This document shows positions 9,428 to 18,800 of a stretch of DNA of 36,186 bases, in pieces. The notes beneath the pieces were generated by a model. That model was not told the DNA's origin. It saw nothing but the letters and a program-made list of their open reading frames with translations, and made no database searches. A program made the position numbers and the translations under genes. Source of the stretch: Candidatus Iainarchaeum sp. (GTDB lineage Archaea > Iainarchaeota > Iainarchaeia > Iainarchaeales > UBA10191); contig JAUSFL010000001.1 in assembly GCA_030649735.1 (NCBI GenBank), positions 1 through 36,186 of the forward strand. Reading direction: 5' to 3'. The stretch's first letter is position 1; every line of letters starts with the position of its first letter.

Positions 9428-10497
9428 TTATTCAATTTACGACTGGAAGTCTGGCTAAATAAGCATTAATAAAGTGCAATTCAGAATATTCAATATATGA
9501 ATAGGCAAATTACCTTGGGAAAAGAGACAGGTTCAATCGCTGGGCACATTCTTGGAGACGGATCAATAACTGCAAGAGATAATGCAGTATTCTTCTCAAA
9601 CACAGACATTTCATTGCTGTCAGAGTTTTCAGAAAACATGATGGTTGTGTTCGGCGTTGAACCCAGAATCTGGGTTCAAGAAAAAAGAAGTTTTGAAGAA
9701 AAAACTAAATGGAAATTTAGGGCTAATTCATTAAAGGATATAGAATTTGGGTGTCCTGTTGGCTTATTTTATAAAAAAATCTGCGGAGTACTTCTTAATG
9801 CTGCTTTAGGCAATTTTGCCATTGGAAAAGATAAAAAGATAACTGAACAAATCATTACCGCACCAAAAGAATTCAAGAAAGCATTAGTTCGGGCTTTTTT
9901 TGATGATGAATGCACAGTAGATGTGCTTTCAAGAAACATACGGGTTTTTCAAGACCGACCTGCACTACTCGAGGACTTTAGGAAATTGCTGAAAGAATTT
10001 GAAATAAATTCAAGCGAACTTCATTTTTATCTAAAAAGAGAAAAACAAAGGTATTATTTCAACATTTCTGGCTTTGACAACTTAGCCAAGTTTGAAAGAA
10101 TAATTGGATTTACAGCAACTGAGAAAATGAACAAGTTAGCAATTTTAATTAAGAAATTAAATGAAAGTAAAACAAAAAGATTATGCAAAAAAGAGGCAAA
10201 ACACAAGATTTTGGAAATCATAAAAAATAACTCTCAGCCATTATGCCTTAAGGAAATAACTAAAGAATTGAGAAATTACAGTGCTAGGATTAAATGGAAT
10301 GAAAGTACGGTTTTAAAACACTTAAAATGGCTTGTTGAAGAGAAAATAATATCTAGAGAAAGAAAAGGAATTAGGTTTTACTGGTCTTGCGAATATAGTA
10401 ATCACAAATCTTTTGAAGATGGCAAATTTCGCATTTCGGTTTTCTTGTAATGCAAACTCTTTGTCCGTGCTTTACCATTAACTCATTCAATTCAAGC
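9428..10497. mobile_element. Free-standing homing-endonuclease insertion carrying a replacement nth 3' end (~1070 bp)
   Basis: Bracketed by TTCAAGC (9421-9427 and 10491-10497) at the same nth codon position. Contains the LAGLIDADG ORF and the current nth 3' end. Confidence 0.72.
9497..10450 (+). CDS. Two-motif LAGLIDADG endonuclease with C-terminal winged helix
   Basis: Motifs IAGHILGDGSI and LVRAFFDDECTV; FSNTD; IGF near the domain end; wHTH-like KILEII...EITKEL...STVLKHLKWLVEEKII. No intein splicing motifs. Confidence 0.88.
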   Translation: MNRQITLGKETGSIAGHILGDGSITARDNAVFFSNTDISLLSEFSENMMVVFGVEPRIWVQEKRSFEEKTKWKFRANSLKDIEFGCPVGLFYKKICGVLLNAALGNFAIGKDKKITEQIITAPKEFKKALVRAFFDDECTVDVLSRNIRVFQDRPALLEDFRKLLKEFEINSSELHFYLKREKQRYYFNISGFDNLAKFERIIGFTATEKMNKLAILIKKLNESKTKRLCKKEAKHKILEIIKNNSQPLCLKEITKELRNYSARIKWNESTVLKHLKWLVEEKIISRERKGIRFYWSCEYSNHKSFEDGKFRISVFL

Positions 10498-11009
10498 CAG
10501 TATGGTTTTGGGACTTTTTTCATTAAATCTAACCTAATCTTGTCAGCTTCCTTCTCCTTTGTCAATCCAAGCCGTTGCGATATGACAGCAACATGAACGT
10601 CAACTGGAATATCAGGAATTCTAAAAGCATAAACTAAAACGCAACCGGCAGTTTTCTTTCCAACTCCGGGCAGGCTTGTGAGCTCTTCCAAAGTTTTTGG
10701 GACTTTTCCATTGAATTTTGAAAGCAAGAGCTTTGAAGCTTGAATAATGTGCTTTGCTTTGGTTTTGTAAAAACCGACTGGAAAAATCAGTTTTTCAATT
10801 TCTCGCGGAGAGGCGCGAGAAAGCTTTTCCGGAGTTGGGAATTTTTTGAACAGGCGCAATGATGCTGGAAAAGTCGTGGTGTCCTTGGTGCGTGCTGAAA
10901 GAATTGTCGCAATCAAAGTCTTGAAAGGCGTTGCATGCAGGACTGCTGGCGTTGTCACTCCAATTTCTTTGCGGAGCAAAAGCATTATTGCATGAATGTT
11001 TTTTTTCAT
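10371..11009 (-). CDS. nth: Endonuclease III (HhH-GPD DNA glycosylase, 4Fe-4S)
   Basis: LIATILSART, HhH LPGVGKKTA, PVDVHV, and C-x6-C-x2-C-x5-C. Confidence 0.96.
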   Translation of the reverse strand: MKKNIHAIMLLLRKEIGVTTPAVLHATPFKTLIATILSARTKDTTTFPASLRLFKKFPTPEKLSRASPREIEKLIFPVGFYKTKAKHIIQASKLLLSKFNGKVPKTLEELTSLPGVGKKTAGCVLVYAFRIPDIPVDVHVAVISQRLGLTKEKEADKIRLDLMKKVPKPYWLELNELMVKHGQRVCITRKPKCEICHLQKICDYYIRKTSKT

Positions 11010-11013
11010 AAGA

Positions 11014-12096
11014 TTATAGTCTTCTGCCAGAACGCTTTAATTTTATGGCGTCAAAACGCCTCAAGGCCTGCTTTGCAAACAAACCGGTTTTCGTGAGGTC
11101 TGGCTCTTCTGTAAAAACCCCGAAATATTTCCCGCCTAGAATTACCCGCTCTTTAGCTTTGCGAGCGCCAACCCATCCTTTAAGCATGTTCATTTTGAAA
11201 GGCAAATTTTTTCCCAAAATATCCCTCAATGATTCGCGTTTCCAGCTTCCTAAAGAAAGCTGCGGAGTGTACAAATAATCCTGGCCAAAAAGGTAAGATT
11301 TTCCGTCTGGCGAAAAAACAACATTGACTGGAAGGCTAAGCCCGGGCATTATTGGAACTCCCATACCGAACAATGCATAACCTTGCAATTCCCCGGGTTT
11401 TCCTTTAGTCGCTTCAACCAATGCCTGCCTTACTTTTCCGCCTCGCTTGCCGCGATAGAATTCATCCCTTACAAGAGTTTCTGAAGCCAGGCTTTCCTTT
11501 CTGACTTCTTTAGGAATTATTCTAGAAATTTCCGCAGGCCATGGATGCCGCTTTTCATAAGCATTGGTTGCAACGCTGATTACTGTTGCTCTAGACCCTA
11601 AAGACTTGATTGCTGAAAAAATTGCCTTCAATTTTTCTGGAGCCTGCCTGTCAAAGCGCAAGTGCTCGCGGTCTATTGAAAGATTCACTCTAGGCCTGCC
11701 GCACTTTTCAAGCAATGCTTTGACTTCTCCGGAATTTTTTGAGAAAAGAAAATAATTGGTGGTAACTGCAACGTTTTTTCTGCCTAAAATTCCGCAGGCG
11801 TAAGAAATCATTCTCGGCGCGTCCTTGTTCAAGAAAGGCTCGCCGCCTGCAACGCAAATTGAATGCTCTTTTCCAGTAATTCTGCCAAGCTCGCGAATTT
11901 GGTCAATTATGCCCTTGAATTCTTCAAAAGTAGTGTCCTTTCCAGAACCAGCATTTCCATACCCAAATCTTCCGTCCTGAAAGCAAAAAGAGCACTTGAA
12001 CTGGCAACGCGGAGTAATATCAATTCCAAAATTACTACTAAATTGAATTCGCTCTTCGCCAAAATTAGTAAAGCTTGGACGGGCCACAAAAACCAC
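11014..12096 (-). CDS. Radical SAM protein, function unknown
   Basis: CQFKCSFC, GGEPF, VTTN and LSIDREH motifs; very basic C-terminal half without SPASM cysteines. Confidence 0.88.
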   Translation of the reverse strand: MVFVARPSFTNFGEERIQFSSNFGIDITPRCQFKCSFCFQDGRFGYGNAGSGKDTTFEEFKGIIDQIRELGRITGKEHSICVAGGEPFLNKDAPRMISYACGILGRKNVAVTTNYFLFSKNSGEVKALLEKCGRPRVNLSIDREHLRFDRQAPEKLKAIFSAIKSLGSRATVISVATNAYEKRHPWPAEISRIIPKEVRKESLASETLVRDEFYRGKRGGKVRQALVEATKGKPGELQGYALFGMGVPIMPGLSLPVNVVFSPDGKSYLFGQDYLYTPQLSLGSWKRESLRDILGKNLPFKMNMLKGWVGARKAKERVILGGKYFGVFTEEPDLTKTGLFAKQALRRFDAIKLKRSGRRL

Positions 12097-12100
12097 TAAA

Positions 12101-12814
12101 TTATCTTCCTAAAACATCCCACATTACTTCATCCTTGTCGTTGATGACTATTCCTTTGTTATTGATTTCTAAAGGATGGATTTTCTTGCTGTGGCTTGTT
12201 CCCCTGAGCTTTCTTATGAAAACACTCCGGTTTGGCGGCATGAAGTATAATGCAATTATTCCGTCAGCAACAAACTCTTCAACGCCGAATGCTGAAAAGT
12301 CGCTTCTTCCGCCCTTGGTTTCAGCAACCAGCAATGAAGTGCAATCAAGCTCTTTCAAGGAATCGCAAAACTCGTAAAGGATGTTCCTCAATTCTCCATC
12401 ATTTGAAATTCTGGCCCCAAAGGCAGTAGTGCTGTCAACAACCAGGCGCTTGATGTTGAATTCCTTGCACATTTTGGAAATAATCCTTAATTCTGCCTCT
12501 ATCTGCTGGTGCAATTGCTCTGGCCTTGTTGCAGTCAAGTTCAGCTTGTAAATTTTCAGCATGCTTTTGTCCTGCAGCCGTTTCAAGTCCCAGCCAAAAT
12601 TCTCCATGTCCCACGCGATTGCCTTTTGATTGGCCTCAAAAGTCACGTACAAGCCGGCCTCATTAAATTTTGTCGCGCCATTGTACAAGAACTGCATTGC
12701 AAGGATTGTTTTTCCAGTTCCTGCGGCCCCGGCAAGCAGTATTGAAGCCCCGGTTGGGATTCCGCCATTCAAAATCTTGTCCAATCCGTCAATGCCAGTC
12801 AAAATTCTCTGCAT
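12101..12814 (-). CDS. KaiC/RAD55-like RecA-superfamily ATPase (single domain)
   Basis: TGIDGLD, Walker A GAAGTGKT, LVVDS, EEFVADGII and KLRGTSH motifs. Confidence 0.92.
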   Translation of the reverse strand: MQRILTGIDGLDKILNGGIPTGASILLAGAAGTGKTILAMQFLYNGATKFNEAGLYVTFEANQKAIAWDMENFGWDLKRLQDKSMLKIYKLNLTATRPEQLHQQIEAELRIISKMCKEFNIKRLVVDSTTAFGARISNDGELRNILYEFCDSLKELDCTSLLVAETKGGRSDFSAFGVEEFVADGIIALYFMPPNRSVFIRKLRGTSHSKKIHPLEINNKGIVINDKDEVMWDVLGR

Positions 12815-12912
12815 GATAGATGTTGGAATTTGGCGTTTTTAAGAGTTTCCAAAAAAACGCCAATTCTCCAGTTTCAGCAAGGTTTTTATTGTAAAAAAAC
12901 ATTTTTTTATGC

Positions 12913-13227
12913 ATGATTTCAAGAAGGCCGTTCATTAATGCAAGGGCAAAGCTTGTCAAACGGACAGCAAGACCGCGGTTTTCTGCAAGGGCTGATGCTG
13001 GAAAAGAAAGCAGGCTTCACTTGCTTTTAAGCATGGAAATCAATCCATTAACCAAGCCACAAGTAATTAAACAGGCAGTTGCAGGCTTTGCCAGCGAAAG
13101 AATTGCGCGCGGAAATAAAATAATCAGCAGAAGCGAATTCGGGCAATTAGTTGGAAAATTCGGGCCTAACCACATTGACATAAGAACCATGCTAAAACGC
13201 TACGGGCTTGAAGTTGAAAAAGCTTAA
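12913..13227 (+). CDS. Basic hypothetical protein, paralog of 13258-13710
   Basis: ATG start with upstream AT-rich box; shares RI..xN.IISR.E..Q.VGKFG...GL..EKA with the next ORF. Confidence 0.7.
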   Translation: MISRRPFINARAKLVKRTARPRFSARADAGKESRLHLLLSMEINPLTKPQVIKQAVAGFASERIARGNKIISRSEFGQLVGKFGPNHIDIRTMLKRYGLEVEKA

Positions 13228-13257
13228 AGTTAAATATTTTCAAGCACTAATTAAACA

Positions 13258-13710
13258 ATGCGTTTTGAAAGAAGAAAGATTCCAGTAATTACACAAATGA
13301 AAACCGCAAAGCCAATAAGCCTGCAGGAATTCTTGGGCAGGGAATTCTCGCCAACGGCTCCCAGCGGGGAAATTGGCGCTGCCTTTAATTCTTTTGCAAG
13401 GCACAGAATCAGTTCAAGAAACAGGATTATTTCAAGGCAAGAGCTTGCGCAAATTGTGGGAAAGTTTGGAAAAAACGCGATAACTTCATTGATGCGGCGG
13501 GGCTTGAAAATAGAAAAAGCGCAAAGAAAAGGAAGAATAGCGCCAATGACGCACTATAGGAAATTAGACCAGACTGACGGCGTAAAGCCAGTAAATCAGG
13601 CAATAGCGGCTACTGAAATGAAAATGAAGGCAGGGAAAGTCTTGCGGGAAAATCCAGGGCTTAATGCAGACTATACCCTGCACTCGGCTTGGAGAAAACG
13701 CAAAAAATAA
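13258..13710 (+). CDS. Basic hypothetical protein, paralog of 12913-13227
   Basis: Shares a ~45-aa domain with the previous ORF; TTAAATA about 22 nt upstream. Confidence 0.7.
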   Translation: MRFERRKIPVITQMKTAKPISLQEFLGREFSPTAPSGEIGAAFNSFARHRISSRNRIISRQELAQIVGKFGKNAITSLMRRGLKIEKAQRKGRIAPMTHYRKLDQTDGVKPVNQAIAATEMKMKAGKVLRENPGLNADYTLHSAWRKRKK

Positions 13711-13765
13711 TTGTTTTTCCTAAACTAAACTCTTAAAAACCTGAAAGCAGCTTTAATTACTGAAC

Positions 13766-14491
13766 ATGCTAGAGAAAACTGAGACTTTACAAGAGCCTTT
13801 TGTCGAAGAAAAGCCAATGGACTTGGTTGAATTAATTTACGCGCCAGACTGGAAGACAATTCTTTTGGATTTGGTTCAAAGCGAAAGAATGGATGCTTGG
13901 GACATTGACTTGACAGCGCTTGCTGAAAAATACTACGTCAGGATTCAAAGCCTGACTGAAACAAACCTGCGGATTCCTGCAAACGCAATGCTTTGCTCTG
14001 CAATTTTATTGCGGTTCAAAAGCAAAAAATTAAGGATTTCAAGCATTGAAGACGCTGAAGAACTGGCAATCCAAGAGCAGGCATTAGAACTAAAAAACAC
14101 AAAGCTTTTCGCAGACTATGACCCTTTCTTGAAAAATCCGCGAATGAACCGGGAAGGAACAATCACGCTTAATGACTTGGTTTCCGCAATTGAGGAAATG
14201 ATGGAAAAGTCAAGGCAAAAGTCCTTGAAGAAAAGGCTTGACATGCCGGAATTCAAGCTGCCTTTCAGCGGAATAAACATTGAGGAACGGATTGCAAAAA
14301 CTTTGGAAGACGTAAATTCAAAAGCAGACTCTCAAGGCCTTTGCCTATTCAGCCAGTTGACTGAAGGAAAAAACCCGATAGAAACAATTGACGTTTTCTT
14401 GCCAGTGCTTTTCCTGTGCACTCGGGACAAAATAAACGCCTGGCAGGAAGAATGGTTCGGGGAAATATTCATTTCCATCATAAGCAGTTAA
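13766..14491 (+). CDS. scpA: Segregation/condensation protein A (kleisin)
   Basis: LLDLV..MDAWDIDL, AILLRFKS, ITLNDLVSAI, and archaeal C-terminus FLPVLFL...QEEWFGEIFI. Confidence 0.92.
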   Translation: MLEKTETLQEPFVEEKPMDLVELIYAPDWKTILLDLVQSERMDAWDIDLTALAEKYYVRIQSLTETNLRIPANAMLCSAILLRFKSKKLRISSIEDAEELAIQEQALELKNTKLFADYDPFLKNPRMNREGTITLNDLVSAIEEMMEKSRQKSLKKRLDMPEFKLPFSGINIEERIAKTLEDVNSKADSQGLCLFSQLTEGKNPIETIDVFLPVLFLCTRDKINAWQEEWFGEIFISIISS

Positions 14492-15207
14492 TCAGTCTTT
14501 ATCATTGGAACTTCAATTAACAGAACAAATGATTTTTCCAAAGCATTGATTTCAAAGTCTTGAATGCCGGTAATTTCTGCAGAATCCCGTTCTGAAAGCT
14601 TTTTTCCAAAAACCTCAACTGAACCTTCAATCAGGAAAACAAAAACGCCATTGTTTTTCCACTCTAATTTATGGAACAATTCCTTGCCTTTTTCAAGCAC
14701 GCCAAGAAAGAATGCAGAATCCTGATAAAGCAATGCAGAGTTCTTGAGTTTTTTTCCAGAAGCAACCGCGAGCAGGCGGTTTTTCAGGCTTTCTTTAGAA
14801 AATTCAACAAGCTCATAAGACGGCTTCAAACCTTGCTTTTTAGGCAGCACCCAAACTTGCAAAAGCCTCAATTTCTCGCTTTTTGAAGGATTGGTTTCAG
14901 AATGCATTATTCCAGAACCTGCAGTCATTTTCTGCACCTGGCCAAACTTTAAAACGCCCTTGTTTCCAACACTGTCCTCATGCATTAACTCGCCTTCAAG
15001 GACAATAGTCACTATTTCCATGTCAGAATGAGAATGCATTCCAAAGCCTGAAGCCGGGCCTATAATGTCATCATTCAATGCCAGCAAGGCCCCAAAGCCC
15101 AAGCGTTCTGGATTATAATAGTCCGCAAAGCTGAAGCTAAAGCGCGAATGCAGCCAGCCGTGCTCTACAGTTCCTCTCTCAAAAGACTTGTGAATTTTAA
15201 CTTGCAT
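14488..15207 (-). CDS. Pirin family protein (YhhW-like)
   Basis: HGWLHSRFSFSFADYY, FGMHSHSDMEI and MTAGSGIMHSE motifs. Confidence 0.93.
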   Translation of the reverse strand: MQVKIHKSFERGTVEHGWLHSRFSFSFADYYNPERLGFGALLALNDDIIGPASGFGMHSHSDMEIVTIVLEGELMHEDSVGNKGVLKFGQVQKMTAGSGIMHSETNPSKSEKLRLLQVWVLPKKQGLKPSYELVEFSKESLKNRLLAVASGKKLKNSALLYQDSAFFLGVLEKGKELFHKLEWKNNGVFVFLIEGSVEVFGKKLSERDSAEITGIQDFEINALEKSFVLLIEVPMIKTD

Positions 15208-15298
15208 TAAAAAAATAGTGAATTCTTTTATTTACTCTTTTTGGGGCAAGGCGGAAAAAGAATACTTTTTTAACCAGTTTCAGCACTCAATTTTTGTT

Positions 15299-15793
15299 AT
15301 GAACGACACCGCAAAAACAATTGAGGCAGCATTGTTCACAAGCCCAAACCCATTAAGCCTGACTGACTTTTACGAGCTGACAAAAAAGAATGTTTCAGAA
15401 CTGCGCATTGCATTAAATGAGCTCATAAGCCACTACAACGAGACAGAATCGGCCTTGGAGATTGTTGAAACACTGCAAGGCTATCAAATGAAAGTGCGCA
15501 AGGGATTTGACGAGAAAGTCACTCAATTGACTAAAGCGCCTGAATTAAGCAAGGGAGTAATGAAAACTTTGGCTTTCATTGCCTACAAGCAACCGCTCAA
15601 GCAAAGCGACCTTGTCAAATACAGGACGACTTCAGCCTATGATGAAATCAAGGTCTTGGAAGAAAAAGGCTACATTACTCGAGAGCCAAAAGACAAGACA
15701 TTCATTGTAAGGACTACAAAAAAATTCCTGAACGCTTTCGGCGAAGACTCTTTGATCTTGAAAGAAAAAGAGGGCTTGGAAAAAAAAAGCTAG
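15299..15793 (+). CDS. scpB: SMC-Scp complex subunit ScpB
   Basis: IEAALF, LSKGVMKTLAFIAYKQP and TTKKFL..FG motifs; start moved to ATG 15299. Confidence 0.93.
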   Translation: MNDTAKTIEAALFTSPNPLSLTDFYELTKKNVSELRIALNELISHYNETESALEIVETLQGYQMKVRKGFDEKVTQLTKAPELSKGVMKTLAFIAYKQPLKQSDLVKYRTTSAYDEIKVLEEKGYITREPKDKTFIVRTTKKFLNAFGEDSLILKEKEGLEKKS

Positions 15794-15794
15794 G

Positions 15795-15807
15795 TTTTGA
15801 TTTTCTT
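15795..15807. repeat. 13-bp direct repeat TTTTGATTTTCTT (second copy at 24961-24973, inside the hsp20 3' end)
   Basis: Exact match. The minus strand at 15790-15810 reads RKKIKT* versus hsp20 GKKIKID*. Confidence 0.4.
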
Positions 15808-15818
15808 CCTGGAAAAAA

Positions 15819-18800
15819 TCAGCCTATTTCTAGAACTTCTTTCGCTTGGGTTACAATCCACGTTTGCCTGTTGATTTTTACAACCCAGTAAGGGTCAAAG
15901 GGGCTTTTTGAGTATTTGTTTGGCTCCCAGGAAAGCACTGCGCTAGTGGAATCATTAGCTGCTTCAGACAGCACGATTGTAGCCGTGTCAGAATTTGAAT
16001 ATAATGTCTTGTCAATTTGGATTGTTTTCCCATTCGCTTGAATGCTCTTGAGCCTTACATCAGTGCTGCCAATTGTGCATTTGCTTCCATTCCAGCCAAT
16101 GCAGCAATCGTTCTGGTATTCAAAAGTCAGTGGTCCGCCCTCGCTCATTTGCTTTGAAAGCCTTAGTGATTGAGTTCCTTTCTTCAACTGTAATTGCAGG
16201 GTTTGCGTTTCATTGCTTGCGCTTGTTGCAATTATTGCTGGAATTTTCTTCTGGCTTTTGCATTCCTTAATTACCTGTGCCGAGCGGTTTCCAGCAATCA
16301 ACACTTCTGCAGTAATCCTGAACTGGGCTGTTGACGCTTGCTTGCTAACCACTGATGGCTGCTTTTGCTTTGCTGCTTTCTTCGCCAAAGACAACGCAAT
16401 TTCCTTGCTTACTGGCAAATAATTCACTGGCTTTAAAGTCCAAGAAGCCTGTTTGAAAGAGCCATCGCCGGCATCAAGCATTATCGCTCCAGAAGTCAAC
16501 TTGCCTTTCTTGAAAGCAACCAGATAATAATCCTGTTCGCTTGTTTGCCCTTGAATTTTAATTGCCTTACTCATTTTAGAGCCTTCAAAAGCAGAAACTG
16601 CCTCAGAATCTGAAAGCAAGTGCGAATCAACAAGGTCCTTCCAGCTTTTTTTCTTAGTGATTTTCGTCAAATTCTTTATTCCAGCCACTCCTATAAAATT
16701 AAGGTTTTCTAAATCCGCGGCTGGCTTGGCGACTTTTATTCCTGCAGAAATCATTTTTTCCTGTTTATCGCTAAAAGGAATTTTATCCCCATCTTTTTTC
16801 ACAGGCGGCTCGGCAATCTGCAAATATTTGCCGTTATAAGAATCATTTGTTTGCATTGGCTTGAAATAAATCTCGCCCGCATCGCTCGCGGTAACATAAA
16901 TGTGTTGTCCTAATCCATTTAAGACTGGATCAGTGATCCAAAACCCATAAAGCGTAACTTGGGGAGTAAACCAAGGGTCGGTTTTTGGGTTTGGAGTGGG
17001 ATTAGCGCTTGCGGCAAAGCCATTCACCGCAACCCATCTGGAGTAAGAACCAAAAATAGGCAAGGCAGCTGGAGTGTTTGGCTCAAATACTAATTCTCCT
17101 TGCTTCCACCACTCTTCTTTAGTGACTGGATAGGCCATCCAATGCGCAATATCCCGCAAATAATTATTCAACGCATCAGGAGAAGACGAGTCATAAACAT
17201 CAACAGAATAATTATATCCTTGGTAAGGATTTCCTCCAACTTGTGAATCATAATTATCATAATTATTGCTCACGATTGAATCATACGGGTCAAAATGCCC
17301 AAGCGCGGCATCCATTCCATCAGCATCCAATTCAGGCAGAGAAGAATTTTCAGCGCGATTATACTGATGGGCATAATCCTGAATTTCTTGCTGAGTCAAG
17401 TCTGACTGCCCCGCGCCATTACGAATATAATTCAGGATCATTTGAGCGCTCGCGGCCCCGCTAAAGTTATTCAAATCAGCTTGAAAAAAAGGCATGTCGG
17501 CCAAATGCAAGATATATTTGTTTTTATCAAACTCTTGCTGCAGCGCATAATATACTTTCCTTGGAGTCATAATGTCCGGATTAGAGCCATTATTAGTTAC
17601 TCTCATTACTCCCCACCATTCTTCATTCGAGTATCCATCAGGATGGCTTGTGGTAGGATATCCTCCATTGTCATGCGCAGAATAACTTCCCGCGGCTTTC
17701 CAAAATTCGTCACTGTATTCCATTAATGACCCGCCAATAGCAACGTTTGAGGCTGAAATTTCTCTCCAAAGCCTTACTGTCCAGTCGGCCTGGGTTTGCT
17801 CATACTCGCTAGAAACCCTATTATCCAAAGCATCAATTCCATACTCGGTTATGACAAGGGGTTTTGAAGTTTTTGATTCAAACATGCTGAAAAAATTGGT
17901 GAAAGTATATGTCGGGTAATGATTTATTCCCCAAATATCAATGTAAGGAATGTTCGCATCATCAGCCCCTCCGGCAGAATTTCCAACAGTGGTCATTTGA
18001 TCCGGCATTTCAAGCGAAACAGCCATTACTGGATGATAAGCGCTTCCTTCAATCAAATAAGCATTTTTTGCCATCTCGTTAACAAGGGAAAAATAAAGGG
18101 CGTGCCTTGCATTGTTTCCATTAGCGTAAAAGCGGTTCTCTTCATTTCCAATCGCCCAGACTAAAACAGCCGGATGATTCTTGTAAGCAGTAACATAATT
18201 GTTGAAATCAGCAAGAATCGAAGTTCTAACTGTAGGATCGCTAAAATCGCCCCTGTGACTCATCCAAAAGCCCATCATTACCCTAATTGGGTTATTTCCA
18301 TTATTCCAGGCAGCGTCCAAAAAAGCCGGGCTATTTACTTTGCCCCAAGTCCTAATAGTATTGGCATTCATTGTCCTTAGCAATGGAAAATCCCTTGCGG
18401 TAAGTTCTGGATGAACGGTTATGTCATAACCCTGATCTGGAGTGTTTCCAATGGGAACTGGCGCATACCCCACACTCTTGATTTTGTATTTCCCATTATC
18501 AACCAATAATTCTCTTCCGGAAACTTTTACACTGCCTGTGCTTTGCGGTTTTATTTCAGTTTCACAAACCCCGCCAGAGCAAACCGCGCAAACTTTTATT
18601 GTTTGAGTCTCATTCGTATCCGAAGCAGTGCAAGCCCCGCCATAACAGCCCTTGTTGTGAATTATTCTTGTTTTTTTGATTGCGCTTCCATCGCAATAAT
18701 TTGCGCCCCAATCCCCATAAGTTGTTGTACCGCAAACCTGCACAGTAACATAATTGTTATCAGTTACACAGGCTGCATCAGTAGTGTTGGGACTTGTGCA

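Noticed and set aside
9497-10450. LAGLIDADG ORF as an intein or intron-encoded ORF
   Set aside because: No N-terminal Cys/Ser block or C-terminal His-Asn; it is antisense to nth; nth already has a complete end; no convincing BHB or group I structure was seen. Splicing is not formally excluded.
12101-12814. Circadian KaiC or DNA-repair RadA
   Set aside because: Single-domain archaeal KaiC-like ATPase without a RadA N-terminal domain or kaiB; a common family.
15208-15298. Duplicated scpA 3' end beyond the pirin gene
   Set aside because: Searched by eye; no match found.
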